Below are positions 11,611 through 22,967 of a stretch of 64,000 nucleotides of DNA, in pieces (positions within the stretch are counted from its first letter, which is position 1; each line of letters opens with the position of its first letter). Both the position numbers and the translations under genes were made by a program. Source of the DNA: Malacoraja senta (Eukaryota). The notes beneath the pieces are model-generated. The model did no database searches, was not told the origin of the DNA, and saw nothing but the letters and a program-made list of their open reading frames with translations. The DNA is taken from positions 620,001 to 684,000 of the forward strand of contig CM075989.1 in assembly GCA_038087875.1 (NCBI GenBank). Direction: 5' to 3'.

Positions 11611-12519
11611 TGTGTCTCCATTACAAAATCAAACTCCATCTTGCACATATATAATGATTTCAGCTCAACTGTCTTTTGTGGTAGACCTAATCATAGGTTC
11701 AGCAATCGTATGGTGAAGAAATGTCTCTACACCACAGTCTGAAATGGCCTATCCTATATCCTGAGACTATGACTCCTGGTTCAGGACTACCCACCATCAC
11801 AAACGTCCTTCCTGCATCTGATCTGTTCAATATCATCGGAATTTTATAGTTTCAATTAGGTTCTCTCTCATTGTTCTAAATTCCAGCGAACATAAACCCA
11901 TTCTCTCTTCAATTATCATTCTTATTACAAATTGTTAACAGCAAAGTACTTTAATTAATTATCTGGATAAATAAATATATATATGAATGTTTGCGTGCTC
12001 TCTTGATCTCCGACATTGAAGCAAAAATGGTTCATGGTAGTGTAAGAGGTGGTCCATAGTATTTCATTGCTGAGGTAGGATTAGGGTCAGTTCAAGAACC
12101 TAATGGTTAAAGGAAAGATGTTCTTAAACATGTAATGAGGGTAAGTGTAGTGGGACCTCAGGCTTCTGTACATCCTGCCCAAGGGTAGCAGCAAGAAGTA
12201 GACATGATGATGGGGATTCTTAATGAAAGATGCTGCCTTCCTGAGGCAGATATCAGGTAATCTTGCATGCGATGACAGTTCAGACAGTCAGCAAACGTCT
12301 AACTGATGGGATCCTTATTTGTTTATGAAATAGAAAACATCGACACAGCTCTGCCGAAGACTACAAGAAATTGTAGTACATTGTGGATGTTGACCCGTCA
12401 CACTAGCCTCCTCCCACATTGACTCCACCCAGAGTTCATGTGGCCTCAGGAAAGGAACCAGCATAATCAAGGACCATTCACACCTTGTTTATTCTATTCT
12501 TTCCCCTGCAACCACAGAG

Positions 12520-12990
12520 GATGGAATACCTGTCCCTATACCTCTTCCCTTGACTACATCCAAGGACCCTGACAGTATTTTCAGGTGAGGCAGAGTTTCA
12601 TTTGCACCTCCTCCAACCTCTTCTACTGTATCCGCTGTTCCAGGTGTGGACTCCTATTTATCGGCGAGACCAAGGCAGGCTCAGTGATCATTTGACTGAA
12701 CATCTCCGCTCAATCCGCTTAAACTTACCTGATCTCCCAGTTGCTAAACACTTTATCTCTCCCTCCCATTCCCATATTGACTATTTTGTTCTGGGCCTCC
12801 TCCATTGCAATGTGGAGGAACAGCACCTCATATTTCGCTTGGGCAGCTAACACCCCAGCTGTATGAATATTGACCTCTAACTTCAAGTAACCCTTGCTTT
12901 GCCCCTCTCTCCATCCCACCCCCTTCCTAGTTCTCCAATCAGTCTGACTGTCGCTCTGATTACATTTTATCTCTGTATGCCTCATTGTTA
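12520..12990 (+). mobile_element. Penelope-like element 3' fragment (GIY-YIG endonuclease)
   Basis: Conceptual translation FICTSSNLFYCIRCSRCGLLFIGET...RLSDHLTEHLRSI...PVAKHF...EEQHLIFRLGS, frameshifted. Confidence 0.8.
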
Positions 12991-12998
12991 CCTTCTCA

Positions 12999-13759
12999 TG
13001 TAATTCCAGTCCTAAACTTACCCCCTTTAGTCTGGTTCAGTCAAACACCGAATACGAACACTGGAAATCCAACTTTCTTTATTGTGCACAATACCAGTAC
13101 CAATACAATACGTAGTCCAATACCGTGGGACCGATCATTGTCTCTACTCACTTGAGGCCAACAGCCTCGTGCAAATAGAACACACACCCCAGAAGATCGG
13201 CCCTCCCCAATGTGCTCCCCACTCTTTTATACCCTTAGAGATCCTTGGCTCAAAAATACATGGGGGGGCCAACTTGTACAAGACAATTATCGATACGGGC
13301 TGTAAAATACATTGAATGACAGTTCCCTATCCCAATCATACAATAGCACATAACATAGTTTTTACACAAAGCACTTAGGGCGAAATGCTTCTGTTAAGTA
13401 AAGAAACATTATCCCCAGGAAAAATAAACATCTTTGGTGAGGCCTCTCTCCTGGACCAATCATAATTAGCAGTGAGAAGACTCTGCAACATCATGGTATT
13501 CCATCATTTCCCCAACCAATCCCAAGCATGCATTTGCATCAGGACCTATCTCCTTCTGCAACATCTCATACATTTTAACAATTACAGGCCATCTGGACAT
13601 CAACCTCTATTCAACCCCTTTGCAGGCCAGAGACTTTCTGGAGCCATCTATACCTCATGGATCTGCAGCTTTTGGTAAAAGATGCCAAGCAGGTTTTACA
13701 GATCCTTTAAACAGTCATCCACCATCTTGTCAAGTACCCCAAAATGTCTGATATTAACA
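12999..13759 (-). mobile_element. ERV 3' LTR (about 761 bp)
   Basis: On the - strand: TGTTAAT...ATTACA termini, TATAAAA at 13225-13231, AATAAA at 13078-13083, and polypurine tract AAAAGAGGGGAA (13760-13771) immediately upstream. Confidence 0.75.
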
Positions 13760-14039
13760 TTCCCCTCTTTTATCACATATGATAACAAACAAATTAAAAT
13801 TACAATGGTTCTCATTATACAATGTGACAATGATAGTGATGTCGTTGTGTCAGAACTCTAACTTCCCAAGATTTCATGGGCATAGTTTCAAAGATTCCTG
13901 ACTGACGAGTCTCCACCTCCCTAGTTAATATGGGCATGACTCCTCTTTATCCATCACATCAGCTTGATGTACTCTTGACTCTCGATGGGTATGATGTTCC
14001 TATACTTAAGAAATTCCTTGACGAAAACAAGTTACCAGC

Positions 14040-15116
14040 TCAAACTCTTCCACCAATACTTTTGCAATGGTGAAGATGGACCCACGCATTCCTTCCTTCT
14101 ACCTTAACAGCAGTCGGGGTCATCAGGAGAACCTGATAAGCTCCCTCCCACTGAGCCTCCAAACCTTTCCTTACCCAATTCTTCGCCATCACAAAATCAC
14201 CAGGCTTGACCTTGATGGAAGAAACCAAGGGAGGTAATTCACTGTGTACTGCTCGCACCCTCAAATGCAAATCTCTTAGTGGCAGAGTCAAGGTCAGAAC
14301 ATAGTTGGTCATCTCTGTAGTCATGTGATGGAAGATGACAACCTTTGGGGTATTTTGGTTCCACAGGGTTCTTAAGGGACATCCATGCACAATTTCAGCT
14401 GGGCCAAGTCTTATTTTCCCTGCAGGCGTGACACATATCTGAAACAAAGCTTTAGGGAGTAATTTAATCCAACTATTTCCTGTCTCCAACTTTAATTTAG
14501 CCAATTTAGTTTTTTCAGCCTGATTTGCCCTTTCGACAATTCCAGCAGCCTGTGGTCGATAAGCACAGTGCAGTTGTTGCTGGATGCCCAGATGTTCACA
14601 GAATTCTTTATTAATATGCCCAATGAAATGAGGACCATTGTCAGAGCTAAGCCGAATTGGAATACCGAATCTGGGGATAATTTCTCGCATAAGCACCTTG
14701 ACAACAGTAGACACTTTGTTATCAAATGTTGGGTAGGCCTCAATCCATTTGCTGAATACATCAACAATCACAAGTACATATCCATATCCTTGGCACTTCT
14801 CTTGCTCGGTGTAATCCATCTGAAGAGTTTCAAAGGGACCCATGCGCAAAGGTGTTCTCCCATCCTCGCGACCCACTCCTTTCCCAGGATTATATTTCTG
14901 ACAAATAATACAGCAGCTACTCACTTTATGGGCCAAAGTCTGTAATCTTGGATGCCGCCAAGTAGCTGAAAGAGCTTGTATGATACAAGTCTGCCCTGCC
15001 AGAGTGACCCACAATCCTGACATGCAATCTATTGTACATCCAAGCTGTTTCCATAATCTTATATCCCCTTCAGGAGCTTCCTCCTGCAACTGAATGATTT
15101 CCTGGATGGTTCGCAT
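14040..15116 (-). mobile_element. pol: Class I (gamma/epsilon-like) endogenous retrovirus integrase remnant
   Basis: CIIC, PFETLQMDY (D), FGIPIRLSSDNGPHF (D), HCAYRPQAAGIVERAN (E), C-terminal WEGAYQVLLMTPTAVKVEG..WVHLHHCK. The HH half of the zinc finger appears deleted; 5' end truncated. Confidence 0.9.
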
Positions 15117-15145
15117 TGGCTTTTCTGAGGGAGACTTTTGTTACA

Positions 15146-15775
15146 AATCAAGTCAAGTCACATTTATTTATATAGCACATTTAAAAAACAACTCTCGTTG
15201 GCCAAAGTGCTTTACATTTGTTATAAGAATAGCACAACAAAACAAACTACATACATATATACATGTAGCCCTCACAGAGGACGTCAGGAAAGGCTTGGGA
15301 GTATAGATAAGTCTTTAGTCTTGACTTAAAAGAGTCGATGGAGGGGGCAGTTCTGATGGGAAAGGGGATGCTGTTCCACAGTCTAGGGGCTGCAACCGCA
15401 AAGGCATGGTCGCCCCTGAGCTTATGCCTAGACGTGGGATATTCAGCAACCCCAAGTCGCGGCCGATCTGAGGGGCTTGGAGGTGGAGTGGTGAGTGAGA
15501 ATACTTTTTATGTAGGAGCGGGCAAGCCCATAGAGGGCAATGGAGGAGGATCTTGAAGTTCATACGGAACTGCACCGGGAGCCAGTGGAGAGAGGCCAGT
15601 ATCGGGGTGATGTGGTCCCTTTTTCGGGTGCCCCGTCAGAAGTCTCGCTGCGGTGTTTTGGACCAGTTGCAGGCAGGACAGGGAAGATTGGCTGATGACA
15701 TTGCAGTAATCTAGGCGGGAGGAGATGAATGTGTGGATGATCTTTTCGAGGTCATCAAACTGGAGGAAATTAGGT
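15146..15775 (-). mobile_element. L2-clade LINE 3' fragment
   Basis: LEKIIHTFISSRLDYCN...LQLVQNTAARLLTG, then HWLPVQFRMNFKILL; (cttga)n tail. Confidence 0.8.
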
Positions 15776-16418
15776 TTCATACCATGTCAAGCAGTGTGCA
15801 AGGCCACCAAATTCAAATGCAGTTTCATGCCATTTCAAGCAGGGTGCAACGCCACCAAATTCAAATGCAGTTTCATGCCACTTCAAGCAGGGTGCAAGGC
15901 CACCAAATTCAAGTGCAGTTTCATGCCACTTCAAGCAGTGTGCAAGGCCACCAAATTCCAGTGCAGTTTCATGCCATTTCAAGCTGGGTGCGAGGCCACC
16001 AAATTCAAGTGCAGTGTCATACCATTTCAAGCAGGGTGCAAGGCCACCAAATTCAAATGCAGGTTCATGCCACTTCAAGCATGGTGCAAGGCCACCAAAT
16101 TCAAGCGCAGTTACATGTCACTTCATGCCGGGTGCAAGGCCACCAAATTCCAGTGCAGTTTCATGCCACTTCAAGCAAGGTGCAAGGCCACCAAATTCAA
16201 ATGCAATTTCTTGCCACTTCAAGCAGGGAGCAAGGCCCCCAAATTCCAGTGCAGATTCACGGCACTTCAAGCAGGGTGCAAGTCCACCAGATTCAAATGC
16301 AGTTTTATGCCACTTCAAGCAGAGTGCAAGGCCACCAAATTCAAGTTCAGTTTCATGCCAATTCAAGCAGGGTGCGAGGCCAACAAATGCAAGTGCAGTT
16401 TCAAACCATTTCAAGCAG
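15774..16418 (+). repeat. 48-bp tandem repeat, about 13 units (caaggccaccaaattcaaatgcagtttcatgccatttcaagcagggtg)
   Basis: Direct tandem units; 16-aa periodicity in the ORF track. Confidence 0.95.
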
Positions 16419-16848
16419 TTTGTTTTGTTTATGCTATTCTTATAACAAATGTAAAGCACTTTGGCCAACGAGAGTTGTTTTTTAAACGTGCTATGTAAAT
16501 AAATTTGAAGTGAGGGCTACATGTATATATGTATGTAGTTTGTTTTGTTTATGCTATTCTTATAACAAATGTAAAGCACTTTGCCCACGGTCTAAGCATA
16601 AGCTCAGGGGCATTCCTTTCCCATCAGAACTGCCCCCCTCCATCGACTCTTTTAAGTCATGACTAAAAACTTATCTATACTCCTAAGCCTTTCCTGACGT
16701 CCCCTGAGTGTGGGCTACATGTATATACTGTATGTATGTAGTTTGTTTTGTTTATGCTATTCTTATAACAAATGTAAAGCACTTTGGCCAACGAGAGTTG
16801 TTTTTTTAAATGTGCTGTGTAAATAAATTTGACGAGTTGACTTGACTC
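16417..16848 (+). repeat. Three partial copies of the L2 3' tail, inverted relative to 15146-15430
   Basis: gtttatgctattcttataacaaatgtaaagcactttg occurs three times and matches the reverse complement of about 15200-15240. Confidence 0.85.
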
Positions 16849-19800
16849 ATTTGAATTTGGTGGCCTTGCACCCCTGCGTGAAATGGTATGAAACTGCATT
16901 TGAATTTTGTGGCCTTGCACCCTGCCTGCAATGGTATGAAACAGCATTTGAGTTTGGTGGCCTTGCACACTGTGCTTGAAATGTATGCAACTGCATTTGA
17001 ATTTGGTGGCCTTGCACCCTGCATAAAATGGTAAGAAACTGCATTTGAATTTGGTGGCCTTGCACCCTGCTTGAAATGGTATGAAACTGCATTTGAGTTT
17101 GGAGGCCTTGCACCATGCTTGAAATGGTATGAAACTGCATTAGAGTTTGGTGGCCTTGCACCCTGATTGAAATGGTATGAAACTGCATTTGAGTTTGGAG
17201 GCCTTGCACCCTGCTTGAAATGGTATGAAACTGCATTAGAGTTTGGTGGCCTTGCATCCTGATTGAAATGGTATGAAACGGCATTTGAATTTGGTGGCCT
17301 TGCACCCTGCTTGAAATGGTATGAAACTGCACTTGAGCTTGGTGGCCATGCACCCTGCTTGAAGTGGCATGAAACGGCACAAATTTGGTGGGCTTGCACC
17401 CTGCTTGACATGATATGAAACCTCATTTGAATTTGGTGGCAGTGCACCCTGCTTGAAATTGTATGAAACCGCATTTAAATTTTGTGGCAGTGCACCCTGC
17501 ATGAAATGGTATGAAACCGCATTTGAATTTGGTGGCCTTGCGTCCTGCATGAAATGGTGTGGAACTGCACTTATTTGCTAAATTTAAGATGGAGTTAGAT
17601 GTGGCCCTTGTGGCTAAATGGATCAGGGGGTATGGAGAGAAGGCAGGTACAGGATACTGAGTTGGATGATCAGCCATGATCAGATTGAATGGCGGTGCAG
17701 GCTCGAAGGGCCGAGTGGCCTATTCCTGCACCTATTTTCTATGTTTCTATGTTTCTATGCACTTGAATTTGGTGGCTGTGCACCCTGCTTGAAATGGTAT
17801 GAAACTGCATTTGAATTTGGTGGCCTTGCGCACTGCTTGAAATGGTATGAAACTGCATTTTAATTTGTTGGCCTTGCACCCTGCTTGAAATGGTATGAAA
17901 CTGCATTATAATTTGGTGGCACCCTGCTTGAAGTGGCATGAAACTGCACTGGGGTTTGGTGGCCTTGCACCCTGCCTGAAATGGTATGAAACGGCATTTG
18001 AGTTTGGTAGCCTTGCACCCTGCTTGAAATGGCATGAATCTGCATTTGAATTTGGTGGCCTTGCACCCTGCTTGACATGATATGAAATTTCATTTGAATT
18101 TGGTGGCAGTGCACCCTGCTTGAAATTGTATGAAACTGCATTTGATTTTGGTGGCCTTGCATTCTGCATGAAATGGTGTGAAACCACATTTGAATTTGGT
18201 GGCCTTCCACCCTGCATGAAATGGTATGAAACTGCATTTGAATTTGGTGGCCTTGTACCCTGCATGAAATGGTAAGAAATTGCATTTGAATTTGGTGGCC
18301 TTGCACCCTGCTTGAAATGGCATGAAACTGCACTTGAGCTTGGTCGCCATGCACCCTGCTTGAAGTGGCAAGAAACTGCATGAATTTGGTGGGCTTGCAC
18401 CCTGCTCGACATGATATGAAAGCTCATTTGAATTTGGTGGCAGTGCACCCTGCTTGAAATTGTATGAAACCGCATTTGAATTTGGTGGCCTTGCATCCTG
18501 CATGAAATGGTGTGAAACTGCACTTATTTGCTATATTTAAGAGGGAGTTAGAGGTGGCCCTTGTTGCTAAATGGATCAGGGGGTATGGAGAGAAGGCAGG
18601 TACAGGATACTGAGTTAGATGATCAGCCATGATCATATTGAATGGCGGTGCAGGCTCGAAGGGCCGAATGGCCTGCACCTATTTTCTATGTTTCTATGCA
18701 CTTGAATTTGGTGGCTGTGCACCCTGCTTGAAATGGTTAGAAACTGCAATTGAATTTGGTGGCCTTGCTCACTGGTTGAAATGGTATGAAACTGCATTTG
18801 AATTTGTTGGCCTTGCACCCTGCTTGAAATGGTATGAAACTGCATTTCAATTTGGTGGCACCCTGCTTGAAGTGGCATGAAACTGCACTGGAATTTGGTG
18901 GCCTTGCACCCTGCATGAAATGGTATGAAACTGCATTGAATTTGGCAGCCTTGCACTCTGCATGAAATGGTATGAAACTGCATTTGAATTTGGTGGCCTT
19001 GCACCTTGCATGAAATGGTATGAAGGTGCCTTTGAATTTGGAGGCCTTGCACCCTGCTTGAAATGGCATGAAACTGCATTTGAATTTGGTGGCCTTGTAC
19101 ACAGCTTACAATGGTATGTAACTGCATTTGAGTTTGGTGGCCTTGCCCCCCTGCCTGAAATGGTATGAAATGGCATTTGAGTTTGGTGGCCTTGCACCCT
19201 GCTTGAAATGGTATGAAAGTGCACTTGAGTTTGGTGGCCTCGCATCCTGCATGAAATAGTACGAAACTACATTTGAATTTGGTGGCCCTCCACCCAGCAT
19301 GAAATGGTATGAAACCGCATTTGAATTTGGTGGCCTTGCACCCTACATGAAATGGTAAGAAACTGCATTTGAATTTGGTGGATTTGCACCCTGCATGAAA
19401 TGATATGAAACTGCTTTTGAATTTGATGGCATTGCGCCCTGCATGAAATGGTATGAAATGGCATTTGAATTTGGTGGCCTTGCAACCTGCATGAAATGGT
19501 TTGAAACTGCATTTGAATTTGTTGGCCATGCACACTGCTGGAAATGGTATGTAACTGCATTTGAATTTGGTGGCCTTGCACCCTGCTTGGAATGGCATGA
19601 AACTGCACTTGGATTTGGTGGCCTTGCACCCTGCTTGAAATGGCATGAAAATGCACATGCATTTGGTGTCTTTGCACCCTGCTTGAAGTGGCATGAAGTT
19701 GCACCTGAATTTGGTGGACTTCCACCCTGCTTGAAGTGGCATGAACCTGCACTGGAATTTAGTGGACTTGCTCCCTGCTTAAAGTGGCATGAAACTGCAT

Positions 19801-20080
19801 TTGAATTTGGTGGCCTTGCACCCTGATAGAAATGGCATGAAACTGCATTTGGGTTTGGTGGTCTTGCACCCTGCTTCAAATAATATGAAACTGCATTTGA
19901 GTTTGGTGGCCTTGCACGCTGCTTGAAATGGCATGAACCGGTACTTGAGTTTGGTGGCCTTGCACCCTGCTTGAAATGGTATGAAACTGCATTTAAATTT
20001 GGTGGCCTTGCACACTGCTGGAAATGGTATGAAATTGCATTTGGATTTGGTGGCCTTGCTCCCTGCTTAAAGTGGCATGA
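16848..20080 (-). repeat. 48-bp tandem repeat, opposite orientation, roughly 60 units, with two embedded CR1 3' ends (about 17572-17758 and 18524-18698)
   Basis: gaatttggtggccttgcaccctgcttgaaatggtatgaaactgcattt units. Confidence 0.95.
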
Positions 20081-21267
20081 ACCATATAACCATATAACCA
20101 TATAACCATATAACCATTACAGCACGGAAACAGGCCATCTCGGCCGTTCAAGTCCGTGCAGAACATTTTTTTTTCCTTCTTCCTTCCCCCTAGTCCCATC
20201 TACCTGTACTCAGACCATATCCCTCCATTCCTTTCCTGTTCATATACCCATCCAATCTATTTTTAAAGGATAAAATCAAACCTGCCTCCACCACTTCCAC
20301 ACAGCTCATTCCACACAGCTACCACTCTCTGAGTAAAGAAGTTCCCCCTAATGTTACCGCTAAACTTCTGTCCCTTAATTCTCAAGTCATGTCCCCTTGT
20401 TTGAATCTTCCCTACTCTCAATGGGAAAAGCTTATCCACGTCAACTCTGTCTAACCCGCTCATCATTTTAAAGACTTCTATCAAGTCCCCCCTTAACATT
20501 CTGCATTCCAAAGAATAAAGACCTAACTTGTTCAACCTTTCTCTGTAACTTAGTTGCTGAAACACAGGCAACATTCTAGTAAATCTCCTCCGTACTCTCT
20601 CTATTTTGTTGACATCCTTCCTATAATTAGGCGACCAAAATTGTACTCCATACTCCAGAATTGGCCTCACCAATGCCTTGTACAATTTTAACATTACATC
20701 CCAACTTCTATATTCAATGCTCTGATTTATAATGGCCAGCACACCAAAAGCTTTCTTTACCACCCTATCTACATGAGATTCCACCTTCAGGGAACTATGC
20801 ACAGTTATTCCTAGATCCCTCTGTTCAACTGCATTCCTCAATTCGCTACCATTTACCATGTACGTCCTATTTTGACTTGTCCTGCCGAGATGTAGCACCT
20901 CACATTTATCAGCATTAAACTCCATCTGCCATCTTTCAGCCCACTCTTCCAAATGGCATAAATCTCTCTGTAGACTTTGCAAATCTACTTCCTTATCCAC
21001 AACACCACCTATCTTAGTATCATCTGCATACTTACTAATCCAATTTTCCACACCATCATCCAGATCATTGATGTACATGACAAACAACAGTGGACCCAAC
21101 ACAGACCCCTGAGGCACCCCACTAGTCACCGGCTTCGAACCTGACAAACAGCCATCCACCATTACTCTCGCATCTCCCATTCAGCCACTGTTGAATCCAT
21201 CTTGCTACTCCACCATTAATACCCAACAATTGAATCTTCTTAACCAACCTTCCATGAGGAACCTTGT

Positions 21268-22389
21268 CAGTATTGATGTGGATAGAGAACTGGCTGGCAA
21301 ACAGGAAGCAAAGAGTAGGAGTAAACGGGTCCTTTTCACAATGGCAGGCAGTGACTAGTGGGGTACCACAAGGCTCAGTGCTGGGACCCCAGCTATTTAC
21401 AATTTATATTAATGATCTGGACGAGGGAATTGAAAGCAACATCTCCAAGTTTGCGGATGACACTAAGCTGGGGGGCAGTGTTAGCTGTGAGGAGGATGCT
21501 AGGAGACTGCAAGGTGACTTGGATAGGCTGGGTGAGTGGGCAAATGTTTGGCAGATGCAGTATAATGTGGATAAATGTGAGGTTATCCACTTTGGTAGCA
21601 AAAACGGGAAGGCAGACTATTATCTAAATGGTGGCCGATTAGGAAATGGGGAGATGCAGCGAGACCTGGGTGTCATGGTACACCAGTCATTGAAAGTAGG
21701 CATGCAGGTGCAGCAGGCAGTGAAGAAAGCGAATGGTATGTTGGCCTTCATAGCAAGAGGATTTGAGTATAGGAGCAGTGAGGTTCTACTGCAGTTGTAC
21801 AGGGTCTTGGTGAGACCACACCTGGAGTATTGCGTACAGTTTTGGTCTCCAAATCTGAGGAAGGACATTATAGCCATAGAGGGAGTGCAGAGAAGGTTCA
21901 CCAGACTGATTCCTGGGATGTCAGGACTTTCATATGAAGAAAGACTGGATAGACTTGGCTTATACTCGCTAGAATTTAGGAGATTGAGAGGGGATCTTAT
22001 AGAAACGTACAAGATTCTTATGGGGTTGGACAGGCTAGATGCAGGAAGATTGTTCCCGATGTTGGGGAAGTCCAGGACAAGGGGTCACAGCTTAAGGATA
22101 AGGGGAAAATCCTTTAAGACCGAGATGAGGAAAAACTTTTTCACACAGAGAGTGGTGAATCTCTGGAACTCTCTGCCACAGAGGGTAGTTGAGGCCAGTT
22201 CATTGGCTATATTTAAGAGGGAATTAGATGTGGCCCTTGTGGCTAAAGGGATCAGGGGGTATGGAGAGAAGGCAGGTACGGGATACTGAGTTGGATGATC
22301 AGCCATGATCGTATTGAATGGCGGTGCAGGCTCGAAGGGCCGAATGGCCTACTCCTGCACCTAATTTCTATGTATCTATGTATCTATGT
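21268..22389 (+). mobile_element. 5'-truncated young CR1 LINE
   Basis: Uninterrupted 341-aa RT C-terminal ORF (FADDTKL); (tatctatg)n tail. Confidence 0.93.
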
Positions 22390-22469
22390 AAAGGCCTTAC
22401 TGAAATCCATATAGACAACTTCCACTGCTTTAGCCTCATCAATTTCCCTTGTAACCTCTTCACAAAATT

Positions 22470-22967
22470 CAAGAAGATTCACCAGACTGATTCCTGGGAT
22501 GTCAGGACTGTCTTATGAAGAAAGACTGGATAGACTTGGTTTATACTCTCTAGAATTTAGGAGATTGAGAGGGGATCTTATAGAAACTTACAAAATTCTT
22601 AAGGGGTTGGACAGGCTAGATGCAGGAAGATTGCTCCCGATGTTGGGGAAGTCCAGGACAAGGGGTCACAGCTTAAGGATAGGGGGGAAATCCTTTAAAA
22701 CCGAGATGAGAAGAACTTTTTTCACACAGAGAGTGGTGAATCTCTGGAACTCTCTGCCACAGAGGGTAGTCGAGGCCAGTTCATTGGCTATATTTAAGAG
22801 GGAGCTAGATGTGGCCCTTGTGGCTAAAGGGATCACAGGGTATGGAGAGAAGGCAGGTACGGGATACTGAGTTGGATGACCAGCCATGATCATATTGAAT
22901 GGCGGTGCAGGCTCGAAGGGCCGAATGGCCTATTCCTGCACCTAATTTCTATGTTTCTATGTTTCTA
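22470..22967 (+). mobile_element. 5'-truncated CR1 LINE, same family as 21268-22389
   Basis: GLSYEERLDRLGLYSLE...GEKAGTGY*; (tttctatg)n tail. Confidence 0.92.

Noticed and set aside
15774..20080. CRISPR array
   Set aside because: Units are contiguous and homologous along their whole length; no unique spacers, no cas genes, and the context is eukaryotic.
15725..20101. Long repeat ORFs (up to 369 aa) as annotated genes
   Set aside because: They occur in several overlapping frames on both strands, are broken by indels and CR1 inserts, and have no supporting splice or start context.
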